Shown here piece after piece: positions 13,095 through 23,330 of a stretch of DNA of 32,000 nt (its first letter is position 1; every line of letters begins with the position of its first letter). Made by a program: the position numbers and the translations under genes. The stretch spans positions 330,819-362,818 of the forward strand of contig NZ_CP046222.1 in the NCBI RefSeq assembly GCF_012571795.1. Reading direction: 5' to 3'. The notes beneath the pieces are model-generated. The model saw nothing but the letters and a program-made list of their open reading frames with translations, was not told where the DNA came from and did not search any database. This DNA comes from Candidatus Saccharimonadota bacterium (GTDB lineage: Bacteria; Pseudomonadota; Gammaproteobacteria; Enterobacterales; Enterobacteriaceae).

Positions 13095-14279
13095 TTATTC
13101 TATAATTCTAGTGACTACACCAGCACCAACAGTACGACCTCCTTCACGAATTGCAAAACGCAATCCTTTAGTCATAGCAATAGGATGGATTAATATAACA
13201 TTCATATTAATATTATCACCTGGCATAACCATTTCTATATCTTTAGCTAATTCTATAGTACCTGTAACATCTGTAGTTCTAAAATAGAATTGTGGACGAT
13301 ATCCTTTAAAAAAAGCTGTATGTCTACCACCTTCATCTTTAGATAATATATATACTTCTGCTTCGAATTTTGTATGTGGACAAATTGAACCCGGTTTTGC
13401 TAATACTTGTCCTCTTTCAATATCTTCTCTTTTTATACCTCTTAATAAGATTCCTACATTCTCTCCCGCTCTACCTTCATCTAATAATTTACGGAACATT
13501 TCTACTCCTGTACATGTAGATTTAATAGTATCTTTAATACCTATTATTTCAACTTCGTCACCTACTTTAATTATACCTCGTTCAACTCTTCCAGTAACAA
13601 CCGTACCTCTACCAGAAATAGAAAATACATCTTCTATAGGCAATAGAAATGGTTGATCAATTGCCCTAACAGGTTCAGGAATATAAGTATCTAAATAGTT
13701 CGTTAATTCAAGAATTTTTTCACTCCATATTGTATCTCCTTCTAATGCTTTTAACGCAGATCCATGTACAATAGGAGTATTTTCTCCAGGAAAATCATAT
13801 TGCGATAATAAATCACGTACTTCCATTTCAACTAATTCTAATAATTCTTCATCATCTACCATATCACACTTATTAAGAAAAACAATAATATATGGTACAC
13901 CAACTTGTCGTGCTAATAAAATATGTTCTCTAGTTTGTGGCATAGGACCATCAGTAGCTGCTACAACTAAAATAGCGCCATCCATTTGGGCAGCTCCAGT
14001 AATCATATTTTTTACATAATCAGCATGTCCAGGACAATCTACATGAGCATAATGTCTAACTGCAGTATCATATTCAACATGAGATGTATTAATAGTAATT
14101 CCTCTTGCTTTTTCTTCTGGTGCATTATCAATTTGATCAAATGCTTTTGCTGCTCCACCATATTTTTTAGATAAAACTGTAGTTATAGCAGCTGTTAATG
14201 TTGTTTTACCATGATCAACATGACCTATTGTACCAACATTAATATGTGGTTTAGAACGTTCAAATTTTTCTTTAGACAT
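13095..14279 (-). CDS. tuf: Elongation factor Tu
   Basis: Near-identical to E. coli EF-Tu ([33 protein letters not shown]..., [25 protein letters not shown]). The first M of the track ORF is a TTG at 14282..14280; the ATG at 14279 matches the E. coli N-terminus. Confidence 0.98.
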   Translation of the reverse strand: MSKEKFERSKPHINVGTIGHVDHGKTTLTAAITTVLSKKYGGAAKAFDQIDNAPEEKARGITINTSHVEYDTAVRHYAHVDCPGHADYVKNMITGAAQMDGAILVVAATDGPMPQTREHILLARQVGVPYIIVFLNKCDMVDDEELLELVEMEVRDLLSQYDFPGENTPIVHGSALKALEGDTIWSEKILELTNYLDTYIPEPVRAIDQPFLLPIEDVFSISGRGTVVTGRVERGIIKVGDEVEIIGIKDTIKSTCTGVEMFRKLLDEGRAGENVGILLRGIKREDIERGQVLAKPGSICPHTKFEAEVYILSKDEGGRHTAFFKGYRPQFYFRTTDVTGTIELAKDIEMVMPGDNINMNVILIHPIAMTKGLRFAIREGGRTVGAGVVTRIIE

Positions 14280-14301
14280 CAAATTATTCCTTAATTATAT
14301 T

Positions 14302-16413
14302 TTATATATTTTTAGAATTAATAATTTCTTTAGTAATATTGTAAGGTATTTCAGTATATTTTAAAAATTCCATAGAATATGAAGCTCTACCTTGTGTATA
14401 AGAACGCAAATCTGTCGCATAACCAAACATTTCTGATAATGGAACACAAGCTTTTATAATATGATTATTTGATATATTATGCATTCCTTCTATAATGCCT
14501 CTTCTTCGATTTAAATCTCCAATAACATCACCCATATATTCTTCTGGTGTATCTACTTCTACAATCATAATTGGTTCTAATAACACAGGATTAGCTTGCT
14601 TAAATGCTGTTTTAAATGCTATAGCTGCTGCTAATTTAAAAGCTAATTCTGATGAATCTACATCATGATAAGATCCAAAATGCAATCTTACAGCAATATT
14701 TACTACAGGATATCCAGCTAGAGGACCTGATTTTAATTGTTCTTGAAAACTTTTATCTATAGCTGTAATATATTCACTAGGTATTACACCACCTTTTATA
14801 TCATTAGTAAATAAGTAACCTGTTTTATTTTTCTTAGATTTTATTGGTGAAATATCTATAACAACATGTCCATATTGTCCTCTACCACCTGTTTGTTTAA
14901 TATATTTACCTTCTATATTTTCTATACGATTTTTAATGGTTTCACGATAAGAAACTTGCGGTTTACCAATATTAGCTGCAACATTAAATTCTCTTTTCAT
15001 TCTATCTACAATAATTTCTAAGTGTAATTCACCCATACCTGCAATAATAGTTTGATTAGTTTCTTCATCTGTCCATGTTTTTAATGAAGGATCTTCTTTA
15101 ATTAGTCGATTTAAAGCTAAACTCATTTTTTCTTGATCATTTTTAGTTTTTGGTTCTATTGCAATAGAAATAACAGGTTCTGGAAATTCCATTTTTTCCA
15201 ATATAATACTATTTTGTATAGAACATAAAGTATCTCCTGTAGTAACATCTCTTAATCCAATAGCAGCTGCAATATCACCTGAATATACTTTTTTAATTTC
15301 TTCACGTTTATTCGCGTGCATCTGAACTATTCTACCAATACGTTCTTTCTGTTTTTTGATTGAATTAAAAATAATATCTCCACTACTAACTGTACCTGAA
15401 TATACTCGAAAAAAAGTTAAATTCCCAACAAAAGGATCATTAGCAATTTTAAAAGCTAATGCAGCAAATGGCTCTTGATCATTTGTAAAACGTGTTAAAG
15501 TTTCTTTATTATGTTCTGTTATACCTTTTATTGGTGGTATATCCATAGGAGATGGTAAATATTCAACAATAGCATCTAATAAAGATTGTACTCCTTTATT
15601 TTTAAAAGCTGAACCACAAGTGATTAAAGTGATTTCATTTTGTAATACTCTCTTTCTTAAAGCATATTTAATATCTTGTTCAGTAATAGTAATATTATTT
15701 AAATATTTTTCCATTAATATATCATTAGATTCAACAGCTATTTCTATTAATTTTTGGCGCCAAACATTAACGATATTAATCATATGTTTAGGTATATGTT
15801 TGTAATAACAATGAATTCCTTGATCTTTTTCTTCCCAATACATAGCTTTCATTTTGATTAAATCAATAATACCAATAAATTTTTCTTCAGAACCAATTGG
15901 TAATTGTAAAGGAATAGCTTCTGTAGATAATTTTTTATTTATTTGTTTTACAACTTTAAAAAAATCCGCTCCAATACGATCCATTTTATTAATAAATGCT
16001 ATTCTAGGCACTTTATATTTATTAGCTTGTTTCCATACTGTTTCAGATTGAGGTTGTACACCACCTACTGCACAATAAATCATAACAACACCATCTAAAA
16101 CTCTCATAGAACGTTCTACTTCTATCGTAAAATCAACATGTCCTGGAGTATCAATAATATTAATACGATGTGCATCATATTGATTAAACATTCCTGACCA
16201 AAATGCAGTTGTTGCAGCTGATGTTATAGTAATGCCCCTTTCTTGTTCTTGTTCCATCCAATCCATAGTAGCAGCACCATCATGTACTTCTCCAATTTTA
16301 TGATTTACACCAGTGTAAAATAAAATTCTTTCTGTTGTAGTGGTTTTCCCTGCATCAATATGTGCACTAATGCCAATATTACGATAACGTGTTATAGGAG
16401 TTGTACGACTCAT
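14302..16413 (-). CDS. fusA: Elongation factor G
   Basis: 703 aa (E. coli 704). [69 protein letters not shown] is essentially identical to E. coli. Confidence 0.99.
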   Translation of the reverse strand: MSRTTPITRYRNIGISAHIDAGKTTTTERILFYTGVNHKIGEVHDGAATMDWMEQEQERGITITSAATTAFWSGMFNQYDAHRINIIDTPGHVDFTIEVERSMRVLDGVVMIYCAVGGVQPQSETVWKQANKYKVPRIAFINKMDRIGADFFKVVKQINKKLSTEAIPLQLPIGSEEKFIGIIDLIKMKAMYWEEKDQGIHCYYKHIPKHMINIVNVWRQKLIEIAVESNDILMEKYLNNITITEQDIKYALRKRVLQNEITLITCGSAFKNKGVQSLLDAIVEYLPSPMDIPPIKGITEHNKETLTRFTNDQEPFAALAFKIANDPFVGNLTFFRVYSGTVSSGDIIFNSIKKQKERIGRIVQMHANKREEIKKVYSGDIAAAIGLRDVTTGDTLCSIQNSIILEKMEFPEPVISIAIEPKTKNDQEKMSLALNRLIKEDPSLKTWTDEETNQTIIAGMGELHLEIIVDRMKREFNVAANIGKPQVSYRETIKNRIENIEGKYIKQTGGRGQYGHVVIDISPIKSKKNKTGYLFTNDIKGGVIPSEYITAIDKSFQEQLKSGPLAGYPVVNIAVRLHFGSYHDVDSSELAFKLAAAIAFKTAFKQANPVLLEPIMIVEVDTPEEYMGDVIGDLNRRRGIIEGMHNISNNHIIKACVPLSEMFGYATDLRSYTQGRASYSMEFLKYTEIPYNITKEIINSKNI

Positions 16414-16490
16414 ATGAAACCTCTATTGTTATTATATAAAAAATCATATTACACATTATGTTATAGATAAAAAAATATATTTAACATAAT

Positions 16491-16961
16491 TTACCAACGA
16501 TAATGTGCAAATGCTTTATTTGCTTCTGCCATACGATGTACTTCTTCTTTCTTTTTAACAGCATTACCCTTTTTATCAAAAGCATCAAATATTTCATTAG
16601 CTAATTTTAAAATCATTGATTTTTCATTACGTTTTCTAGCTGCATTCACTAACCATCTCATCGCTAATGTATTTCTTCGAGTAGGTCGTACTTCTACAGG
16701 GACTTGATATGTAGAACCACCTACTCTTCTAGATTTTACTTCTACAACAGGTTTAATATTATCTAAAATAGTACAAAAAATATCTATTTCTTTTATAGAT
16801 AATTTTTTTTTAACTATTTTTAAAGCAGAATAAACTATATTTTCTGCTATAGATTTTTTACCATTTAACATAACTATGTTAATAAATTTAGCTAATAAAT
16901 CTGATTCAAATTTTGCATCTGGTAAAATATTTCTTCTAGAAATAATACGTCTACGAGGCAT
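16491..16961 (-). CDS. rpsG: 30S ribosomal protein S7
   Basis: Homology starts at [15 protein letters not shown] (ATG 16961..16959), giving 156 aa. The 4 extra codons in the track ORF are upstream read-through. [19 protein letters not shown] and [10 protein letters not shown] match S7. Confidence 0.97.
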   Translation of the reverse strand: MPRRRIISRRNILPDAKFESDLLAKFINIVMLNGKKSIAENIVYSALKIVKKKLSIKEIDIFCTILDNIKPVVEVKSRRVGGSTYQVPVEVRPTRRNTLAMRWLVNAARKRNEKSMILKLANEIFDAFDKKGNAVKKKEEVHRMAEANKAFAHYRW

Positions 16962-16990
16962 AATAAACTCCATTATTTAAAATAAAAATA

Positions 16991-17362
16991 TTATTTATTT
17001 TGTTTCACACCATATTTAGAACGACTTTGTTTTCTATTTTTTACACCCGCACAATCTAAAGTACCTCTTATAGTATGATAACGTACTCCGGGTAAATCTT
17101 TTACTCTACCTCCTCTAATTAGAATTATAGAATGTTCTTGTAAATTATGTCCTTCACCAGAAATATAAGATGTTACTTCATATCCATTTGTTAGTCTAAC
17201 TCTACATACTTTACGTAAAGCTGAATTGGGTTTTTTTGGAGTAGTAGTATATACTTTAGTACATACTCCACGTTTTTGAGGACATGAATTTAATGCAGAT
17301 ACATTACTTTTGCTTTTTTTTCTAATTCTAGATTTTCTTACTAATTGATTAATTGTTACCAT
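16991..17362 (-). CDS. rpsL: 30S ribosomal protein S12
   Basis: 123 aa. [70 protein letters not shown] is nearly identical to E. coli S12. Confidence 0.98.
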   Translation of the reverse strand: MVTINQLVRKSRIRKKSKSNVSALNSCPQKRGVCTKVYTTTPKKPNSALRKVCRVRLTNGYEVTSYISGEGHNLQEHSIILIRGGRVKDLPGVRYHTIRGTLDCAGVKNRKQSRSKYGVKQNK

Positions 17363-17429
17363 TATATAATCCTATATAAGATATAAAGTAATTATTATAT
17401 TATTTTTTAATATTTATAATTTTATTACA

Positions 17430-17729
17430 TTACCATAGTATTTGTTGTTTATGTTTAACAGTTAAGTATACAAATTGTTTATAGTTTGCATGTATAATTT
17501 GTTTTGAAATATAATTCTCTAATCCTCTTGCTAGAATATCATTTTTTAATGCATATACAGATAACTGGATATCTTGTTGAATTTTAATTATTTTTTTTAT
17601 AAAAATACTATATTTTAATCCAGCTAAAATACCATCCTGAATTAGAATAAGATCATCATTATTATTTAATACATTTAATAATATAGAAAAATTACAATAT
17701 GATGGTGATTTTGATAAGATATATAACAT
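17430..17729 (-). CDS. tusB: tRNA 2-thiouridine synthesis sulfur-relay protein TusB (DsrH family)
   Basis: 99 aa. MLxxLxxSP..., LILIQDGI, VYALKNDILARGL, YLTVKH match E. coli TusB/YheL. Conserved position upstream of rpsL. Confidence 0.85.
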   Translation of the reverse strand: MLYILSKSPSYCNFSILLNVLNNNDDLILIQDGILAGLKYSIFIKKIIKIQQDIQLSVYALKNDILARGLENYISKQIIHANYKQFVYLTVKHKQQILW

Positions 17730-17737
17730 GATATTTT

Positions 17738-18100
17738 TTAAAAATTCATAATTATGTTATAGCAACTAATGTATTTATGCCATAATCTTGGTGTTATGAT
17801 TTTAACTGGGATAGTCCAATTATTAATGTTATTTTTTATACCTAATTTTTTTAAAGATTTATCACAAACAAAAAATTTATTAATATTACATAAAGTTAAA
17901 ATTTTGAAACTAATACTATGATTATGAAATAATATATTATCTGGTTTTTGGCATGATTTTATTTGTAAAATACCATCTGAAATAAAAAATAAAGCTATAT
18001 CCTCAATAAATGAGGATATAGAAATAATAGCATCTAATCCTTCTTTACCAGAATTATTTCCATAAGGTGATGTAGAAAAAATAACAGCTATATTATTCAT
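17738..18100 (-). CDS. tusC: Sulfur-relay protein TusC (DsrF family)
   Basis: 120 aa. IAVIFSTSPYGxxxGKEGLDAI, FFISDGILQI, QKPD match E. coli TusC/YheM. The ATG overlaps the tusD stop by 1 nt (TAATG), which suggests translational coupling. Confidence 0.85.
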   Translation of the reverse strand: MNNIAVIFSTSPYGNNSGKEGLDAIISISSFIEDIALFFISDGILQIKSCQKPDNILFHNHSISFKILTLCNINKFFVCDKSLKKLGIKNNINNWTIPVKIITPRLWHKYISCYNIIMNF

Positions 18101-18489
18101 TAAAATTGCACTAAACGATCACAGTCTAATATAGATATTGCTAATGTTGTTAAACTTATTATTTTAAAAGTTTTATTAATAAAAATATTCTGTTGATTCA
18201 TGCACATATTATCCATATATTCTTTTTTTAAAAGACCTCTTATGATAGAAGAATTAACACATACATGTAAATCTACATTATATTTTATACTTAGCTCTAT
18301 CCAAGATTTAGTTAAATTAAATTTATTAGATATAATAAAGTGTTTATTAGCATTAAATACACCATCACGATAAAAAAATATACTTTTTAAAGTATATTTT
18401 TCCTTAATCAGAGTTTGTGCAAAAAAATATGCTGAATAAGCATTTTGTGTCCCAAAAGGTGCTGAAGTAACTAATAATATAAAAACCAT
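18100..18489 (-). CDS. tusD: Sulfurtransferase TusD (DsrE family)
   Basis: 129 aa. SAPFGTQNAxSAxxFAQ, IFFYRDGVxNAN, the conserved Cys in LHVCVNS, and the C-terminal CDRLVQF match E. coli TusD/YheN. Confidence 0.88.
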   Translation of the reverse strand: MVFILLVTSAPFGTQNAYSAYFFAQTLIKEKYTLKSIFFYRDGVFNANKHFIISNKFNLTKSWIELSIKYNVDLHVCVNSSIIRGLLKKEYMDNMCMNQQNIFINKTFKIISLTTLAISILDCDRLVQF

Positions 18490-18546
18490 ACTATATCCCT
18501 TAAAATATAGAAATATTTCAATATTTTTGTATAAAATTAAAATAAT

Positions 18547-19722
18547 TTAATTATTAATGAATGAAGATTTTTTTACATTTTTTTGTATTTTAAAAATAGT
18601 ATGTATTTTTTTATTTTTTATATAATGATTTTTATTAGACATATTAGGTTTAAAATCTATTAACTCAATTTCAAAAATTAATGTAGAGTTAACTGGTATA
18701 CCTGGAATTAAATTATGTCCATAAGCTAAATTAGGAGGAACTACTAAGATTATTTTACCACCTTTTTTAACATATTTTAAACCTTCTTGCCAACCAGGTA
18801 TTACTTTTTGTAAATTAATAGATAATGGCATTTTTCTTGAGAAAGTATTATCAAATTCTGTACCATCTATTAATTTACCAATATAATTAACTGTTATTAA
18901 TACATTGCCATGTTGTGGGATATAAGATCCTTTCCCAGTTTTTTGTATTTTATACAATAAACCTGTTTTAGTTTTTTTAACATTTTTCATTTTAGCAAAA
19001 TTATTAATATATTCTTTACCTAAAATATCATTTTTATGTGCTTGTAATTTTATAAAATTAATTGAAGCATTTTTAATATCTATTTCTAATAGCTGAATAT
19101 TATTTTGTATTTCTTCATTAGATAATAAAATTTGTTGATTATATAAGATATCTTGAATGCCTTGTATAATATAATGTTTATCTAATTTTATATTAATTTT
19201 TACTTGTTCATCATAAGCATTTTTTAAATATTTTCCAAAAGACACACCTAATGCATAAGATTCTTTTTGTAATTTATTTTGTAAAATATTAATTTTTGAA
19301 AAAACTATATTATTATCTTTATTTATATCAATATTATCTAATTTTTTTTCTTCTTTAGGAGTAGATAATTTTTTCAGATTATTCGATACATCATCATTAT
19401 TATTTGTTACAGCAGAAGATACATTATCCATTATATGATTGAACTTATCATTTAATAATTTAATTAAAACATCTATTATTTGTTCATTTGTTAATCCATT
19501 AAATGATAATGTTGATTTTTTAATAGTATTATCTAATTTTTTTTCTTCATGTTTTTGCTTGTTTAATGGTGTATTTGTTTTATTTTCAGTAGAATTATTA
19601 TTTTTACTACTACTCCACCATCCTGCATTTGTTAATGTTGTTGCTTTTACCATTGGTGTATTTAAACTAACAGTTAAAATCAATATCAATAATATTGATA
19701 CTTTCTTAGTAAAAAATCGCAT
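18547..19722 (-). CDS. fkpA: Periplasmic FKBP-type peptidyl-prolyl isomerase FkpA, with a long N-terminal low-complexity insertion
   Basis: 391 aa with an N-terminal signal-peptide-like segment (MRFFTKKVSILLILILTVSLNTPMVKA). From about aa 152 (QKESYALGVSFGKYL...) it is collinear with E. coli FkpA, including the FKBP domain (VNYIGKLIDGTEFDNTF, VIPGWQEGL, KKGGKIxLVVPPxLAYG, GIPxNSTLIFEIELID). Syntenic with tusD as in E. coli. Confidence 0.85.
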   Translation of the reverse strand: MRFFTKKVSILLILILTVSLNTPMVKATTLTNAGWWSSSKNNNSTENKTNTPLNKQKHEEKKLDNTIKKSTLSFNGLTNEQIIDVLIKLLNDKFNHIMDNVSSAVTNNNDDVSNNLKKLSTPKEEKKLDNIDINKDNNIVFSKINILQNKLQKESYALGVSFGKYLKNAYDEQVKINIKLDKHYIIQGIQDILYNQQILLSNEEIQNNIQLLEIDIKNASINFIKLQAHKNDILGKEYINNFAKMKNVKKTKTGLLYKIQKTGKGSYIPQHGNVLITVNYIGKLIDGTEFDNTFSRKMPLSINLQKVIPGWQEGLKYVKKGGKIILVVPPNLAYGHNLIPGIPVNSTLIFEIELIDFKPNMSNKNHYIKNKKIHTIFKIQKNVKKSSFINN

Positions 19723-19801
19723 GGCTTACTCCACAATAAAGTTGTATTTTATATAAAGAATGTTATATAAACATTATTTATAAAATTATATAATTTTATA
19801 A

Positions 19802-19831
19802 ATAAATAAGATAAACAATTATCTTATTTAT
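19802..19831 (-). terminator. Candidate intrinsic terminator hairpin downstream of asd
   Basis: Perfect 13-bp inverted repeat ataaataagataa / ttatcttatttat around a 4-nt loop, 64 nt past the asd stop. Followed on the minus strand by ttataaaatt. The stem has only 1 G:C pair, so its stability is modest. Confidence 0.3.
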
Positions 19832-19895
19832 ATAAAAATATTACTTTTAATATTAATAAAATACAAGATAAAATATATGTATTTTGCTTAAAATG

Positions 19896-21002
19896 TTAAA
19901 TTAATAATTTTAACATTCTTCTTAATGGTTCTGCAGCACCCCAAAGCAATTGATCGCCTACAGTAAACATTGAAAAACAATTTTTCTCTATATTTAATTT
20001 TTTTATTCTTCCGACAGGAATATTTAATGTTCTGTTTACTGCACATGGTGTTAAATATTTTGTAGTATATATATAATCATTAGGTATGATCTTAACCCAT
20101 TTATTATGTGATTGAATAATATCTTCAATATTTTTAATAGAAAGATCTTTATTTAATTTAACCATAAAAGATTGACTATGAGCACGTAATGTTGGTACTC
20201 TTACACAAATACCATCTATTGGGATAATATTTTTATTATTTAAAATTTTATTAGTCTCGAATTGTCCCTTCCATTCTTCTTTAGTTTGACCGTTATTAAT
20301 TTGTTTATCAATCCATGGAATAACATTATTTACTAAAGGTATGGTAGAATATTGTTGTGGAAATTCTTTATTATTTAAAAGTAATGTAATAATTTTTTCT
20401 ACTTCTAATATATTAAATTTATTACTATGTATAATATCTGTAATGTTTTCATGTAAAAAATTAGTTTGTAATAATAATTCTTTAATATATTTAGCACCTG
20501 CACCAGAAATAGCTTGATATGTAGATACAAAAATCCAGTCAATTAAATTTTTTTTAAATAAACCTCCTAAAGCCATTAGCATTAAACTAACTGTACAATT
20601 TCCTCCAACAAAAGTTTTAATACCAATATCTATTTTTTCTTTAATTAAATCAAGATTTACAGGATCTAGTACAATTATAGTATTATCATCAGTTCTTAAA
20701 TTAGAGGCAGCATCTAACCAATAACCTTGCCATCCTTTTTGACGCAATTTATAATATATTTTATTTGTATATTCACTGCCCTGACAAGTGATAATAATAT
20801 CTAATAACAATAATTGCTCAATATCATATGCATTGTGTAATGTTTTATTAATATTTTTAATATTTAAAGGAAAATATTTATTAAACTGTGAAGTAGTAAA
20901 AAAAGTTACTTTTATTTTATTAAAATCGTTTTTTTTAATCATTCTTTGTAATAATACAGAACCTACTATACCTCTCCAACCAATAAATCCTACAGATTTC
21001 AT
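19896..21002 (-). CDS. asd: Aspartate-semialdehyde dehydrogenase
   Basis: 368 aa. MKxVGFIGWRGxVGSVLxQRM, GGNCTVSLMLMxLGGLF, REEWKGQxETNKILN, FTVGDQLLWGAAEPLRRML are collinear with E. coli Asd (367 aa). Confidence 0.95.
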   Translation of the reverse strand: MKSVGFIGWRGIVGSVLLQRMIKKNDFNKIKVTFFTTSQFNKYFPLNIKNINKTLHNAYDIEQLLLLDIIITCQGSEYTNKIYYKLRQKGWQGYWLDAASNLRTDDNTIIVLDPVNLDLIKEKIDIGIKTFVGGNCTVSLMLMALGGLFKKNLIDWIFVSTYQAISGAGAKYIKELLLQTNFLHENITDIIHSNKFNILEVEKIITLLLNNKEFPQQYSTIPLVNNVIPWIDKQINNGQTKEEWKGQFETNKILNNKNIIPIDGICVRVPTLRAHSQSFMVKLNKDLSIKNIEDIIQSHNKWVKIIPNDYIYTTKYLTPCAVNRTLNIPVGRIKKLNIEKNCFSMFTVGDQLLWGAAEPLRRMLKLLI

Positions 21003-21166
21003 TATAAAATTTTCAACCTTATATATACTTAGATCATATTATTAAGATTTATTTTACATATATTTTATATTAACGAAAGTTTTTTATAAAAATTAAATAT
21101 TTATTAAATATTAATATCTATATGAATATATATTCAGTATATATAAAACTTTTAAATTAATAATAT

Positions 21167-21844
21167 TTATATATTTTTAATAATCCAATTAATAGGTTTG
21201 ATATAATGTTTACGTAAATATGTATTTGTTTGAGAAAAATGTTGACAATGTGCAAATCCTTTATGATATGAATATGGTGAAGGATGTGATGTTTGTAATA
21301 CTAAATGTTTTTTTTGATTTATTAAGTATATTTTTTGTTGTGCTTTTTTACCCCATAGTAAAAATACTATATTATTATAGTATGTGCTAATAACATTAAT
21401 AATATTATCTGTAAAAATTTCCCAACCAATGTTAGCATGTGATTGTGCATTATTTGCTTCTACAGTTAATATAGTATTTAACAACATTATACCTTGTTTA
21501 ACCCAATCAATTAAATATCCATGATTAGGAATATAAAAATTTGGTATATCAAAATTTATAGCTTTATAAATATTTTGTAATGTAGGAGGAATTTTTTTAA
21601 CATATGGCATTACAGAAAATGCTAAACCATTAGCTTGATTTATTCCATGATAAGGATCTTGTCCTAAAATTACTACTTTTAATTTTTCAAAATTTAATAT
21701 ATTAAATATATGAAAAATATATTGTTTAGATGGATAAATTATTTTACCACAAATAATATCTGTATTAATTTTATTAATTATTTTTATAAAATATTTTTTT
21801 TGTTTTTCTTTATGTAAAAATAATTTCCAAGTATTATTATCCAT
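21167..21844 (-). CDS. ung: Uracil-DNA glycosylase
   Basis: 225 aa. VVILGQDPYHGxxQAxGLAFSV, PPTLxNIYK, LLNTxLTV, HPSPxS catalytic motifs of family-1 UDG. Confidence 0.93.
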   Translation of the reverse strand: MDNNTWKLFLHKEKQKKYFIKIINKINTDIICGKIIYPSKQYIFHIFNILNFEKLKVVILGQDPYHGINQANGLAFSVMPYVKKIPPTLQNIYKAINFDIPNFYIPNHGYLIDWVKQGIMLLNTILTVEANNAQSHANIGWEIFTDNIINVISTYYNNIVFLLWGKKAQQKIYLINQKKHLVLQTSHPSPYSYHKGFAHCQHFSQTNTYLRKHYIKPINWIIKNI

Positions 21845-21971
21845 ATATTAAATTCATACAATATTTTTATTAATATATATTTGTAATATAGAATATATTA
21901 TATTACAATCATTTTTATCTATATATGTTTAAGTTCCTTGTTTTTAAGCCTATTAAAAACTTTTAATCCAT

Positions 21972-21977
21972 AAGGAG
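21972..21977 (+). promoter_or_regulatory. Shine-Dalgarno sequence of rpsF
   Basis: AAGGAG lies 10 nt upstream of the rpsF ATG (21988). Confidence 0.5.
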
Positions 21978-21987
21978 CAATAGTATA

Positions 21988-22356
21988 ATGAAATACTATG
22001 AAATAGTATTACTGATACATCCAGATCAAAGTGAACAAGTTAATAATATAGTAACATCATATAAAAAATTTATTTGTAAAAATAAAGGTTCTATATCTAA
22101 ATTCGAAGATTGGGGTAGAAGACCATTAGCATATCCAATAAAAAAAATTCATAAAGCTTATTATGTTCTTATGAATATATGTTTAGAAAAAAACCAAAAT
22201 ATTATTTTAGATTTAGAAACAAAATTTAGAATTAATGAATCTATTATTAGATATATTATTTTACATACAAAAACAAATAGAACAATTATATCATCCATTT
22301 TAAAATCTAAAGATGAACATCAAGAAAATCGTAGTAATTTGCTTAAAAAAATATAA
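21988..22356 (+). CDS. rpsF: 30S ribosomal protein S6
   Basis: 122 aa. MxxYEIVxxxHPDQSEQV, EDWGRRxLAYPIxKxHKAxYVLMN match E. coli S6. It lacks the acidic Glu tail. Confidence 0.95.
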   Translation: MKYYEIVLLIHPDQSEQVNNIVTSYKKFICKNKGSISKFEDWGRRPLAYPIKKIHKAYYVLMNICLEKNQNIILDLETKFRINESIIRYIILHTKTNRTIISSILKSKDEHQENRSNLLKKI

Positions 22357-22418
22357 ATAATACTTAATATAATAAAATTATATAATGGAAATACAATATT
22401 TTATGGAGTATAAATAAT

Positions 22419-22646
22419 ATGGTACGTTATTTTCGTCGTCGTAAGTTTTGTCGATTTACTGCAGAAGGAATAAAAGAAATTGATTATAAAGATATTCATA
22501 TTTTAAAAAATTTTATTACAGAAAGTGGTAAAATAGTTCCAAGTAGAATTACAGGAACAAAAGCAAAATATCAGCGTCAATTATCTAAAGCAATAAAAAT
22601 TGCACGATATTTATCATTAATCTCTTATACTGATCATCATAAATAA
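22419..22646 (+). CDS. rpsR: 30S ribosomal protein S18
   Basis: 75 aa. [55 protein letters not shown] is nearly identical to E. coli S18. Confidence 0.97.
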   Translation: MVRYFRRRKFCRFTAEGIKEIDYKDIHILKNFITESGKIVPSRITGTKAKYQRQLSKAIKIARYLSLISYTDHHK

Positions 22647-22664
22647 TAATGAGTATCAAAAGTT

Positions 22665-23123
22665 ATGCAAATAATTTTATTAGATAATATTATAGGAATA
22701 GGAAAAAAATCTGACATTGTTAATGTAAAAAAAGGATATGCACGTAATTATTTAATTCCTAATAATAAATGCATATTGGCAACAAAAGATAATATCAATA
22801 TTTTAAAAACTCAAGTTAAAAAATTAAAATTAGAATCATTAAAAGATTTAGAACAAGCTAAATTAAAAGCAAAAAAATTTACAGAAAACATTGAAAATAT
22901 AATAATACAAGTGCGAACAAGTAATAAAGGTAAATTATTTGGTTCTATTAGTAAAATAGATATTATTACAGCATTAAAAAAATTAAATTTTTCAATAGAT
23001 AAAAAAGAAATTTCTTTACCTAAAAAACCTATTAGATTTATTGGAAATTATATAATACAATTTAAATTTCATGAAAAAATAATAGTTAAAAAAAATATTA
23101 ATATTACATCATATAAAAAATAA
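22665..23123 (+). CDS. rplI: 50S ribosomal protein L9
   Basis: 152 aa. MQIILLD...VNVKKGYARNYLIP N-terminal domain and GKLFGSIS motif as in E. coli L9. Operon position after rpsR. Confidence 0.93.
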   Translation: MQIILLDNIIGIGKKSDIVNVKKGYARNYLIPNNKCILATKDNINILKTQVKKLKLESLKDLEQAKLKAKKFTENIENIIIQVRTSNKGKLFGSISKIDIITALKKLNFSIDKKEISLPKKPIRFIGNYIIQFKFHEKIIVKKNINITSYKK

Positions 23124-23171
23124 AACACTTAATTTATGTTGTAAATAAAATTATATTATTTTATAATGATA

Positions 23172-23286
23172 GTCAGATAACGTAACTTATTCAAAACAAT
23201 ATTATTTTATAAACTCAGTCAGGTCTGGAAAGAAGCAGCTGTAATAAATATAATATGTGTAAAAAATTAAGTTGCGTTATCTTCTT
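23172..23286 (+). ncRNA. ffs: Signal recognition particle 4.5S RNA
   Basis: The spacer contains tcaggtctggaaagaagcagct, matching the conserved domain-IV core of E. coli 4.5S RNA (TCAGGTCCGGAAGGAAGCAGCC, GGAA tetraloop). It is enclosed by a long terminal helix: gataacgtaactt (23176..23188) pairs with aagttgcgttatc (23269..23281). The exact ends are approximate. Confidence 0.75.
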
Positions 23287-23330
23287 TAAGAATATATAAA
23301 TGATATAATTTTATTTAATTCATAATCACG

